Positions 1 through 10,328 of a stretch of 17,798 bases of DNA are shown here, one piece after another. The number at the start of each line of letters is the position of its first letter. Positions within the stretch are counted from its first letter, which is position 1. Under the pieces are notes generated by a model. It did no database searches. It saw nothing but the letters and a program-made list of their open reading frames with translations, and was not told the origin of the DNA. A program made the translations under genes and the position numbers. The stretch comes from Novakomyces olei (taxonomy: Eukaryota), in NCBI GenBank assembly GCA_016906335.1, contig JADEYG010000014.1:1-17798 (forward strand). Reading direction: 5' to 3'.

Positions 1-147
1 CCTAACTAACACTAACAACTAACCCTAACTAACCCTAACTAACCTAACTAACCTAACCCTAACCCCTAACTAACCCTAACCTAACAACCTGACTAACCCT
101 AACCCTAACTAACCCCTAACCCTGACTAACCCCTAACTAACCCTGAC
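1..147. repeat. Terminal telomeric repeat tract (C-rich strand), heterogeneous units CCCTAA, CCCTAACTAA and CCCTGACTAA
   Basis: The window begins with a tandem mix of CCCTAA (TTAGGG), CCCTAACTAA (TTAGTTAGGG) and CCCTGACTAA (TTAGTCAGGG). The tract ends at ...CCCTGAC, about 147. Confidence 0.95.
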
Positions 148-300
148 ACAATCTTCTTTCAATTACTCTCCTTTTTCAACCTTTTTTTGCCAAAATCTAC
201 ATAAATCTATTCCCATTTTCTACTTCTATTTCCCATCTCAACTCCAACTCTCTCCATCCTTTTCTTTATCCAACAATCTCAACAAATTTCTCTACTCCAC

Positions 301-392
301 TCCCTGATAAACAACCTAACCCTAATAAAACAACTTCCTCATACATTATAATACCACATACATTATCCAATAATTACCCCTAACCCTAACTG
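301..392. repeat. Short interstitial telomere-like relics
   Basis: ACCTAACCCTAA at ~314-325 and CCCCTAACCCTAACT at ~377-391, each followed within ~15 nt by the first CATACATTA minisatellite units. Confidence 0.6.
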
Positions 393-1236
393 AACAAATC
401 TCATACATTATGCCCCCATACATTAATGCCCATACATTAATTTACCATACATTATTCCTCTATACATTATTCATCCATACATTATTCATCCATACATTAT
501 TCCTCCATACATTAATGCCCATACATTAATTTACCATACATTATTCCTCTATACATTATTCATCCATACATTATTTCATCCATACATTATTCCTCCATAC
601 ATTATTCCTCCATACATTATTCTACCATACATTATTCTACCATATATTATAATACCATACATTATAATGCCATATATTATTATACCATACATTATAATGC
701 CATATATTATTCTACCATACATTATTATACATACATTACTTTACATACATTATTCTCCATACATTATTCTACCATATATTATTATACATACATTACTTTA
801 CAATACATTATTTTACTATATATTATTATACCACACATTATTATACATACATTATTCCTCCATACATTATTCCTCCATACATTATTATACATACATTACT
901 TTACAATACATTATTATACCATACATTATTATACATACATTATTCACTTTACAATACATTATTTTACCATATATTATTATACCACACATTATTATACATA
1001 CATTATTCCTCCCATACATTATTCCTCCATACATTATTATACATACTTACTTTACAATAACTTTACAATACATTATTCTACCATATATTATTAATACCAT
1101 ACATTATTATACCATACATTATTATACATACATTATTCCTATACATTAAATTACCATACATTATTATACTATACATTATTATACATACATTGCTTTACAA
1201 TAAATTATTCTACTATACATTATTATAATGCCACAT
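338..1236. repeat. Telomere-adjacent minisatellite, core CCATACATTATT (~12-15 nt units)
   Basis: Dozens of tandem (C)CATACATTATT+NNN units. There is an ~89-nt higher-order duplication (421-509 vs 510-599), and the + strand is almost free of G. Confidence 0.95.
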
Positions 1237-1451
1237 AAAATGCATCCTGCGCCGTCATGAGCTTTTTATAAATCTTTAAACCCATATATCTCCATAATTA
1301 CTAATCCAATCTTGTAAACAAGTATATATTTACACTCCTACTGCACCCCTCTATCCAACCATACACTTTTTGTAAAAACACTTGTTCATTCGACGTTTTG
1401 TCACCTCTACACATGGACTACACACTCTTAATTTTTCTTATTTTTCTGACG

Positions 1452-2493
1452 TTTTTCTTATTATACTTTATTACTATGGGCTCTCTCTATAATATTTTTA
1501 TTATATTATCAGATAGCTATAATATGTGTAGACATCTTGTATAATAATTATATTTTATAAATTCAGGCAACCCTACCCTCGCCGCAATATGGTTTGCCAA
1601 TGTTTTGGAATTAAGGCGGAAACTATTTTTGCTCTTACGTCGTTCTTACCCCGTTTATGCCAATTTCCTTAGCATTCCGCGCAATTTCCCATATTATAAT
1701 TTGGAATTTAGTCGGAAAATTCTCCCTAAAAAACCCTGCCTCCCACGTTTCTCCTACCATTCTTATTAGAATTACGCCATAATTCGCGGGAATGCTAAGG
1801 AAATTGGCATGACCCCCCCTCATACATTAATTATTTTTCGAAATGGAATTATGGCGTAAAGGAAAAGCGAAAACCCTGACTAGAATTATCATAATAAGAA
1901 TCGCATTACATAAAAATGGAATTTCGCCATAATTCCGTCTTGAATATATCTAGTTTTTCTTATTATACTCTATTACTATGGTGGCTCTCTCCATAATAAC
2001 TATATTATATTATCAGATAACTACTATGTGCCATGTGCGATGCAATAATATATTATTTATAATATACCTTACCCTACCCCAAGCAATGGCTGTGATGAAT
2101 TTATCAAAAATCCACAGCCTATCAATATTTCGTCGATATGTCAGCTTGCGCTACTGTATTATCCAATAGCATCGCTGTATTCAGCGATATTTCGTCGAAA
2201 TGTCGCAACTTTTTTAGGGGAAACTTTTCGCCAGTTTAATATATGGCAATCCACTAGCGCCTTGCGACATTTCGCCGAAATATCAGTGATAGGGTTTTCT
2301 CGAATTTAGACATAATGCCAATTATTATACAAAAAAAATAATACCAGCTGACATTTCGTCGAAATGTCGCTAGTAATAATAGCTAGGCGTAATGCGCGCT
2401 GGAATATGTACGTCTTGTATAATAATTATAATTTATAAGTTCAGCAACCCTACCCTCGCTGCAATATGGATTGCCAATGATTTGGAATTAGGG
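1452..2493 (+). repeat. Subtelomeric composite repeat cluster 1 (modules C-A-B-C-D-B end-C)
   Basis: Module C (AT-rich ...TATCAGATARCTA...ACCCTACCC) at 1452-1616, 1954-2090 and 2413-2493. Module A has a 22-bp inverted repeat (1657-1678/1789-1810) and module B a 12-bp one (1845-1856/1925-1936). Module D is four GACATTTCGnCGAAATGTC-type palindromes at 2124-2368. Homologous copies occur at 6852-7346, 10329-10785 and, inverted, at 16288-16680. Confidence 0.85.
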
Positions 2494-2582
2494 TCCTCCA
2501 TACATTAATCCTCCATTATTAATCCTCATACAATAATCTTCATACAATAATACTCCATACAATAATCCTCCATACATTATTG
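2494..2582. repeat. Second short CCATACA(T/A)TAAT minisatellite
   Basis: About six tandem units such as CCTCCATACATTAAT and CCTCATACAATAAT, the same core as the 338-1236 array. Confidence 0.85.
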
Positions 2583-2830
2583 CATAACTTGCGCATTACT
2601 TATAAAATTGCTCTCCATACTATAGTTTATAGTTGAATAAATTCGTGATGCCACACTCGACATATAATAGGTTTCAATTCATAAATTTTCCATTATATCT
2701 ATGATCCTGCATACGTTGAATCACATATTATACAATAAATGAAGATAATTAGATCCAACAAACTACTTTTGTTCCGCCATTTTGGTTGGCCTGTCATTGC
2801 TGAAATACCAATGCACGAACTTTACACCCG

Positions 2831-5800
2831 CTATTTGTGTGGGACCGATTGTGATTTGACCGGCCCACAATAAGCATGCTGTGCCTTTGGCCGGTAAAGC
2901 TTCACCGTCCAGGTTTTTAGTTTGTCTTTCATTTCTAATTTTTCGTGTGCTAATTCAAATATAGTAAATAACGATGGCATGATCTTGTCTGAATATTGAC
3001 ATTGCCGTTCCTCTTTCTCCAAATGCCGTCCGACATATTGTTTGAGGTAGGTAGCACCGATAGCAAACGCTCCCAGATTTTATCCAATTTCGCTGATTTG
3101 CTTTCAATACTGTTCTTTTGGCGTCCAAGTACAAAAACTTTATCCTGTTCCGGCATTGGCCAAAGCCGTGTGAGTACTGACTAGCACCGGAAAGGAGACA
3201 CAAAACACATTTGTCTGAAAGATAAAGCATTAAATTGTGAATATCTTCAGCAATTATGATGTTCGACCGATCTCTCTGTAACACGGCTTGTCGACCATAT
3301 CGGCAATCGGGCTGCCTCTCGTTTGCTTCAGCCGGACCTTGCGGCGCTCGACATCTGACATAAGTCACAATGATTCTCGTCCGTCTGACATCGCGCTAAG
3401 TCTTCATCATAGTCGTTGAAATATCTGTCTAGTACTAATCTCCTGCACTCTGTTCATGTACATATCTTCTCAATGGTTTCTCCATTGTGCTTAGATCATC
3501 CTCACTAAATATGATTAGGCTCTCGGCTCTTCTGCCATCTCTTCCAGCACGTCCTGATTCTTGGAAATAGTCCTACCAAACTGTAAGGCGCTTTGGCATG
3601 CACAACCAGTCTCACATGTTGGAAATCAACACCAGTTCCAATAGCAGTCGTTCCAATAATACTTTGCTTTTCTCACCTAATATCCACCGATTTATTATTC
3701 CAGCCTTCTCAGCAAAGCTAAGCTTTGATGTTATGCAATGCGCACGACTAGCAATAGCAATTGTTTCGGCGTCTGACTTTGTTCTTGCGATACACATTAC
3801 GCGATCATCTTCATCTTTGAATTCAAATTGTTTCAGAGTATTTATTACTTCGGACTGTAGTGCTTTCCAGTAGCTTTGCCTCGCTTTGTAAACAATGTTG
3901 TGTCTACGACATCGTACTTTAAAACCCAAGTCGGATTCTCTAGCACAAAATGGTCTATAAATTCGCTCCTTTTGCACGGAGGAAGCGTTGCCGACAAGAG
4001 CACTATTGGTACATCCAATAGTCTTAAACTAGGTATTTGTTGAATTGCCTTCTGTATGACGTAAATGCCAAATGGCATTCATCGACTACCAATCGATCAA
4101 GAATTCCTCTTTGGCGTAAAAGTGTTAAATATTGCCGTCCCGAGTCCGACACAGCTGTCTCCACCGACATCAAGGTTAAGCGATAAAACTTTTTGCGGCG
4201 AAATCATTTCGGCGGTCCATATTCCAGTGTCGATCCCCACTAGTTTGGACCCGACGTTCCTACATCAATCATCAACGCACAATGGTAAAACCATTCACTG
4301 TGCATGAAGCTTGCCGGCAAGCAAGCTGCAACCTGGATTACACATGTCTTCCAAACCCATGGAAAATACAATAACTATTTCCTGTACCTTTCGGGACTGC
4401 TACAATAGCTCCGCCTGTATTGCAGCACGGAATTCAAAATCAGAACCAACAGCCTTTTGCTTTTCTAAACATTCTTTTTCAGTTGACCAATGGGAGACTT
4501 CCAAAAATTTCTGGTACTGCTTTAGTATTTTCCGATCTTGTCCGTAGCATGAATATTTGTTAGACATTTTGGAAGAAATCCGCCCCATGATGACACGCTT
4601 CCAACTAGGTTGACCAAAGATCAGCGTATTCTTCAAACCGCTACTGTTTCCGTACATTGTACTGGTGTGTTGCGACACTGTGATCGATAGGGACTTTAGT
4701 ATCCGTAAGGTTGTCCTCAACGTCTGCGATGTGTTTTGAGAATTTGACATTTATTATGGACGAAGCAATCTCCGCCAGGCAGATATTGACAACGTTGGAA
4801 AAAACACTTGCATGTGCGCAAGACGCTCCGAATACCCGAGAAGGCACTTACCGCTTTTTCCCATGTACACCAAATAAATGGTTTGAGATAGTGCGTTCCC
4901 GAGGACACCCTGTAGTATTCATAAACGGTTGAATATAAATCAAATAATTCAGAACCAAGTTTCCCCACCGTGAGTTAACCCGTCAAGGGTGGGGCGGCCC
5001 AGTAATGTTTTGTGTTTTAGTATAGGTTGTAATACTAGCATCTGTCAACTTTAATAAATATATTTCGCCCTCTCCTTCCATTCTGAAACCATAAGTTATG
5101 GGTTTCCGGTACCGCGCAATGGGGCGCTGATATTGTTAATTAGTGTCCATATCCATCCGCAAAAATGGTTTGTACCGCAGCCAAATACCGGAATGGGCTG
5201 ATTTGTCCCAGTCTCCCCTGTTCCGTTATGAAAATAAGTTGTTAGAGTGTTTTGATTGCAATAGAGAACGAGCCCGTTTTCATGTTCTTTTAAATAAATA
5301 ATGTTTGTTTTCAGCTGCCTTATCCCAAACCAGTAGCCAGGGCTGTGAAATATGGAATAAATCCGAGAGATTTTGTCGGAAAGAAATTTGTGTTGATTCC
5401 AAACAAAAGACTGGTCGCTTAAAATTCCGTAGGGCGCCAAAACTGCGCGTTTGTATAAAATTGTGATTTCGGCCATTCGCTAGAGAACTTCCTCTGTAAG
5501 AGAAACTCTCTCTCTGCAATAATCCCAGGTACATTGGTGCGGATTAACATAATATTTTGTATACTGAAAATAGATAAGCTCCCAATTAAAGAAGAATCCA
5601 ACCGCAAGTACTTTGATGGGTTGAGAAACTGCCTCAACTAAAATGTCCAAGTTTGAACTAGCCTCTCCCGGCTGCGAGCAAGCCTCTTCAAACAAAGTTA
5701 ATTGAGCGCAGTAAATCAATCCAGATATATCGTATTAATCCATTAGGCGGTTTCCAGCTTTTGAAGCATCTCCTTATTATAATAACACATGATGCCACAA

Positions 5801-6853
5801 AAAGCTTAAGAGTGCAGAATCCAAATGTTGTTTTTAATTGGTTGTTTTAAAAGATATAAACCAATATAAAAAAGAAACCGCGCGCAGTATCAAATAGACC
5901 AGTTTGATTGCAAGTACAGTCCCCTCGGCATTAGCCCTTTGAGCGTTCGTCACAGTTAACATCAAGTCGAGTAATGAAAAATCGAATTGCCTGAGCCCGT
6001 ACGAAAAATATCTTTTCTTAGTCGCAGGTAAAGTTGTTCGTCGAAAGTGGCGCACTCGTCCAGAATTGTCCGGCACAAAACTACTCAGTCTAGTCGCCAT
6101 AGCTGAAGTCATTTTCATATTGCTTTCATCAAATATATTGTTATATAAAAGCTCGATTTGTTCATCAATACTGTCAAGCACTGTGGATTCGAAATTGCTC
6201 AGGTTTTCCGTTTGTAAACAGACTCGATCAAACCCAAACTTCGTGACCCACGGTGGAATGTCTCTTTGATCGACATCACTTTCTGTTGCAGCACTGGGAA
6301 GGGTTATAAGGGTCTTTTCCAAGAACTTTCCTACAACGCCCTCCGCGGCTGAATTTGAGCTTGGTTTTAAACCATCTTTCGCAGCAACACGAAAATATTT
6401 CAGAAATTGATTCTCTGTAAAACAAGTTTGTAGGGGTGAACAAACAATATGATCTTTTGATGTTCGAACAGTATGTTCTTTTGAGATATGCTGCTCAATG
6501 ACCTTTCGCGATGATTGAAGCGCATATAGAAAAACTGCAGTAGTAGCCTTGGCAAACCTTAGAAATAATAACGGTTCAACCATTCACCGCAGGGCTCGGC
6601 GGCCTCCAATATTATTCAAAACAGGAGCGATATTCCACGTCGTTTGCCATTAATTACAGAAAGTCCAATTTGAAGTTCAGTACCTTAGCTTATCGCCTGA
6701 CGCAAATGCCTTTCGGCTGCCGTTGGTTCCAACCTCGGACCTTTACCATGCCCGACAGCCTTGCAAGCAACTACCTTTAAACCAAAGGCCTCTCGATTCC
6801 CAAGTACTCATGACTGAGATATCTGTTCAAGTCTTAATTACTACTAGAAACAT
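2831..6853 (-). pseudogene. TLH1: Telomere-linked RecQ-family helicase (TLH-type): OrsD/DUF3505-like Zn region + tyrosine-recombinase-like region + RecQ core + Cys-rich C-terminus; many frameshifts
   Basis: Frame-stitched minus-strand motifs: Walker A-like MGxGKT (~4340-4365, needs a 1-nt indel), LVVDECH (DECH at 4072-4083), LLSATLPP, GTGVDFQHVRLVVH and DYFQESGRAGRDG (3534-3572). Downstream are an RQC-type CRR...C...CDLC and a C-terminal CVLC..H..C / CYRCYLPQTIC / CQYSD, with stop at 2831. The N-terminus has QHISKEH...PLQTCF...YFRV...IPPW, typical of TLH proteins. The gene is transcribed toward the telomere and the start is approximate. Confidence 0.9.
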
Positions 6854-7346
6854 GCTGTAATCTATTTTCGATATAATGCGAATTATTATTAATAGTGTGA
6901 ATGTTCCCCTTTCCGTCGTCGCGATTTTTACCATATTTAACTGGAATTAATGCAGTAAATCTAACCCTCAAAACCCGTTTGACTATTTGTTATCCAATTC
7001 TTATTAGAATTAGCCGTAATTCGCGACGACGAGCAGCAAATTCACATGACCCCCCTCCCATACATTATTAATTTTCAAACTGGAATACGCCGTAATTTTA
7101 CGTAGAACACCCTAACAAAAATATAGCTAATAAAAACTACGATACATTATTTCGAATTACCGGCGTAATTCCGCGCAGAATATGTATAGGAAATGGCATG
7201 ACCCCCCCCCTCATACATAATTATCTTTTCGAAATGGAATTATGGCGTAAAGGAAAAAGCAAAAACCCTGACTAGAATTATACATAAAATAAGAATCACA
7301 TTACATAAAAATGGAATTTCGCCATAATTCCGGTTGAATTATCTAG
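6852..7346 (+). repeat. Subtelomeric composite repeat cluster 2 (modules A-B-B), directly upstream of the TLH gene
   Basis: 7190-7346 is nearly identical to 1800-1953. Module A has IR CGTCGTCGCGA/TCGCGACGACG (6914-6924/7021-7031). ATGCTGTAATC..TTTCGAT at 6852 matches 10436. Confidence 0.85.
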
Positions 7347-7891
7347 AGCCCATTGCCAGAGCAAAAGGAAACAGTACGAATTGGTCGTCGACCATGAACC
7401 TGCCGGGACATTTACAAACGTCCACATTGACCCTGTGGCGTACGGCAGTGTTATATTGGGATATCAGGAACGAAGGTAGTGCTGATGTGGCCTCCTACAG
7501 AAGTGAATCTAAGAACTTACAGGAATATCATCGTCTACTCCAGGGTCGGGTCATACCAAGACACCTCCCTACGTTAAAGCCTCCATTACAGTTGTTTGAG
7601 GAAAGGGATTTAGTTGAATATGGAACCGGGAACGCTTCACGCGGTTATCGCTGGTCTCGGACGTCGTTACTTGGATACAACTATGCCCGCGAAGGACTGT
7701 GAATGCCTTCAGCGAGTGGTCGATGGGCAAGGCCCAAGAAAGAGACCAGGGATCAAAAGCGCGGTGATACAGGCACCGGTATGGTGGGATTTTTACAGAG
7801 AGGTCTACGGGATCGGACCTACCAGGGACAGCGAAAAGAGGTGTTGTCGGGACTTACTCTCTTGGAGGGAGTAATGTCAGGGGTTGCTTAG
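7347..7891 (+). pseudogene. JmjC-domain (Fe(II)/2-oxoglutarate dioxygenase) coding segment at the 3' end of the LTR element; frameshifted
   Basis: Stitched across frames: PAGTFTNVHIDPVAYGSVILG-ISGTKVVLMWPPTEVNLRTY...MEPGTLHAVIA..RTSLLGYNYA. HxD is at 7423-7431, K at 7473-7475 and the distal H at 7638-7640. The last frame (ORF 7703-7891) stops inside the LTR. Confidence 0.8.
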
Positions 7892-8248
7892 AAAGGTGCT
7901 GGGAGCACTTGAATAAGCAACTCGTAGTTTAGTTAGTTAGTTTATTTAGTTGTATGTAGGAAGTTGCTTAGAGTAGCGCTTGGAGCGCAGACTCTAGCAC
8001 TTCTGCAATAAGTTAGTTACTTTAATAGTTTCGTAGAGTGGGATCTTCGGCACAGTAACGAGCCGAGCCCAAGTATAAGAAGAGGAGTTCTTTCTACTGG
8101 GTTCGGGGCGTTACAACAACCAAGGTTCCGCTTAATATAAAGTGTCTTGAGATTAGTTCTTCTATCTGCCTATCCTTTGCTACTCCCTGTCAAGCAACGT
8201 GTGACTTGGCCGACTTAAGATTACTTTGTATTGAGTCACCCCCTAACA
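7875..8248 (+). repeat. 3' LTR (374 bp) of the JmjC-carrying element
   Basis: TG...CA ends with imperfect terminal inverted repeat TGTCAGGGG/CCCCTAACA, an internal TATAAG at ~8074 and a PPT directly upstream. Confidence 0.8.
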
Positions 8249-8489
8249 TAGAGCTTATCAGCCCAGGAAAATCAACCTGCGCGAAAAAAGAAAACGTCAT
8301 CAGAGCAACTAGGAGACGAAAAATTCAGAAAAATAGACCCGCCTGCAGGAAATCCTTCTGGTGAAAGAAAATAAATCTTGAAGGGATCTCCAAAGAAAAA
8401 TTGAAGAAAATCCTTTCCCCCCTTTCCTTAAAAATGGGTCAAAGGAAAATATTAAACAGACCCAAAGGAGGCGTTAATCACATTGAAGT

Positions 8490-10000
8490 CCTGACATTGA
8501 GCCTCAAAATACAATGAAGCCATCACTGGGCCATTTGGGAATCAGTGGAAAGAAGCAATAAATAAAGAACTAAAAGCAATGGAAAGAAATGAAGTATGGA
8601 AAGTCGTTTCCCAATCACAAAATATACGTACAGTTGGATGCGATGGGTGGTTTAAACTGAAACAAGGAGAACAGTCGAATGAAATAATTAGAAAAGCAAG
8701 ACTAGTAGCACAAGGGTACTCACAGATTTTTGAAAAGACTATGGAAGATACATTACGCCCCAGTCGCTCGTCCTGAACAGCATTACCGGTTGGTTTTAGC
8801 TTACAGCGTAATTAAAAATTATGAAATCTATCAAATCGACGTGGATACAGCCTTCCTATATGTACACTAAAGGAGTCAGTGTACATGAAAAAACCCGATG
8901 GGAGTGAAATTAAAAAAACCCGGCCTTGTTCCTAAAATTAAACAAAAGTCTCTATGGTCTCAAACAGGCACCAAGATCGTGAACAGTGACTGGATTCTAC
9001 ATTGACAAAATACGGTCTAACAAATCAAACCAAAGATTCTGCCATATATTACAATGACTCTTAATTATTGCTGTCACGGTAGATGACCTCATGATCGTCG
9101 AAAAAAAGGAAGAGACTTGAATTTGAATCCTTTTTAAAATTTTTACTCCATCAAGTCACTTGGAAAAATAAAAGAGATATCTTGGTATGGACATTACATA
9201 TGACCGCGACAAAGGAATACTCCAAATTGTCACAGTCACAATTTGCTAAGTCAATTATACGCACTTACGGAGACCACTAACCTAAAATACATAAGTCAGC
9301 CCATCACAAACATCAATTCACTCTATCATCCCGCGGATGAAAATTATGATTGTCTGAAATCTATCCAACTATTATAGGAAAATTAATAAATTGACTGAAT
9401 GGACAAGACCAGACCTCAGATTTCAATAAGTATGTTAAGCAAACATACAAAAAGACAAAATGAAGAACAAATACAGGCCTTAAAACACACCATGAGAATC
9501 TAAAGCTACACTGGACACTGATCACCTACATAGAGAAAATGCAGATACACTCGTGGGGCGACTCTGATTTCGCCGGAGACACTTGCGACAGAAAATCCGA
9601 TCAGGGAATACGTTGTCTCACTAGGAAAAAAACGGCCCAATAGCCTGGAAACTCGGCAAAAGCAAAAAATTGTAAACCAGTACAATGATGGCGGATTCGA
9701 AGCTATGAAACTAACAGTCAATCAAGCCTTGTACTACAAATATCTAATGACGAAATTAATAAAGGGCCCGAAACATCCCAACGTCTACTCATAGACAACG
9801 CTGCATATACTTCAATAATGGTGGAAACTACCAGGTTCAAAACATCTAAGTAACACCTGCTACTATGTGATGGATATTGTGAGAAATGGACTGGTAAGCA
9901 TACAGAGATGCCCCTCACGAAACATGAGGCAGATGGATTGACCAAGAACCTACTTGGAAACAAATTCACTAAATTTACAAAATGCTATACAATGAAGAAT
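8490..10000 (+). pseudogene. pol: Ty1/copia pol fragment (reverse transcriptase + RNase H), frameshifted
   Basis: Motifs across frames: QWKEAINKELKAMERNEVW, KARLVAQGYSQ, YQIDVDTAFL, KSLYGLKQAPR, VDDL, YLGMDI, WTRPDL, DSDFAGD, PIAW..KQK. Boundaries are approximate. Confidence 0.9.
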
Positions 10001-10055
10001 ACAAAAAAAAAATAAATACAAGAATACAAAAAGGAAATAAAAGATTCAAGGGGAG

Positions 10056-10328
10056 TGTTGAAATATGAATCTATTATCCCCTTATAATAATAATAATAAT
10101 AATAATTAATAATATATACACTCGCCGACTCACTGACCGGCTAAGACAACTCAACCATGAGTGTCAGTTGTTTGACTTTTAGCTTTACAGAATACTCACT
10201 CAAAATACATAGTTACATATATATAGCTCAAGCGAACCCTCACACCCTCGGGGATTCAGCTGAAGCAATCTAGAGTATCTAATTCATAATCTACCATAAG
10301 AGCAAATTCCAACCTTCTATATTCAACA
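10056..10328 (+). repeat. 3' LTR (273 bp) of the copia element
   Basis: TGTTGAA...TTCAACA terminal inverted repeat directly after the PPT, with an internal (TAA)n run and TATATATA. Confidence 0.9.

Larger units (their letters stand above)
7347..8248 (+). mobile_element. 5'-truncated LTR retrotransposon (probably Ty3/gypsy-like): JmjC-coding 3' end + PPT + 3' LTR
   Basis: Purine tract GGAGGGAGTAA (7864-7874) lies immediately before an LTR TGTCAGGGG...CCCCTAACA (7875-8248), and the upstream ORF reads into the LTR. The gypsy assignment is inferred from the PPT/ORF arrangement only, since no RT or integrase is retained. Confidence 0.75.
8249..10328 (+). mobile_element. 5'-truncated Ty1/copia LTR retrotransposon (RT-RNase H remnant + PPT + 3' LTR)
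   Basis: Copia RT and RNase H motifs are followed by PPT AAGGGGAG (10048-10055) and an LTR. The right end joins module C of the subtelomeric repeat. Confidence 0.93.

Noticed and set aside
667-1149. 160-aa Ile/Tyr/His/Pro-rich ORF
   Set aside because: It is a translation of the CCATACATTATT minisatellite. The G-poor strand rarely forms stops, and there is no coding evidence.
338-1236. CRISPR-like array
   Set aside because: The units are contiguous 12-15 nt repeats with no unique spacers, the context is eukaryotic, and there are no cas genes.
1635-2169. ORFs 1635-1823 (-) and 1978-2169 (+), and similarly 16508-16708 (-)
   Set aside because: They lie within non-coding repeat modules and the frames are not conserved between copies.
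1452-2386. Firm call as a non-autonomous Helitron
   Set aside because: Hairpin + CTAG is present, but there is no clear 5' TC end, no A|T target and no Rep/Hel gene in the window. Kept only as an alternative hypothesis.
2996-6269. Plus-strand short ORFs over the TLH gene, and minus-strand ORFs 9506-9969 over copia pol
   Set aside because: Antisense shadows of recognisable coding sequence on the opposite strand.
2831-6853. Housekeeping Sgs1/Rqh1 gene or AcademH transposon helicase
   Set aside because: No HRDC region or Academ transposase is visible. The N- and C-terminal motifs and telomere-directed position match TLH-type genes.
7334-7702. Chromodomain at the 3' end of the LTR element
   Set aside because: No chromodomain aromatic-cage pattern was found. 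The frames instead stitch into a JmjC motif set.
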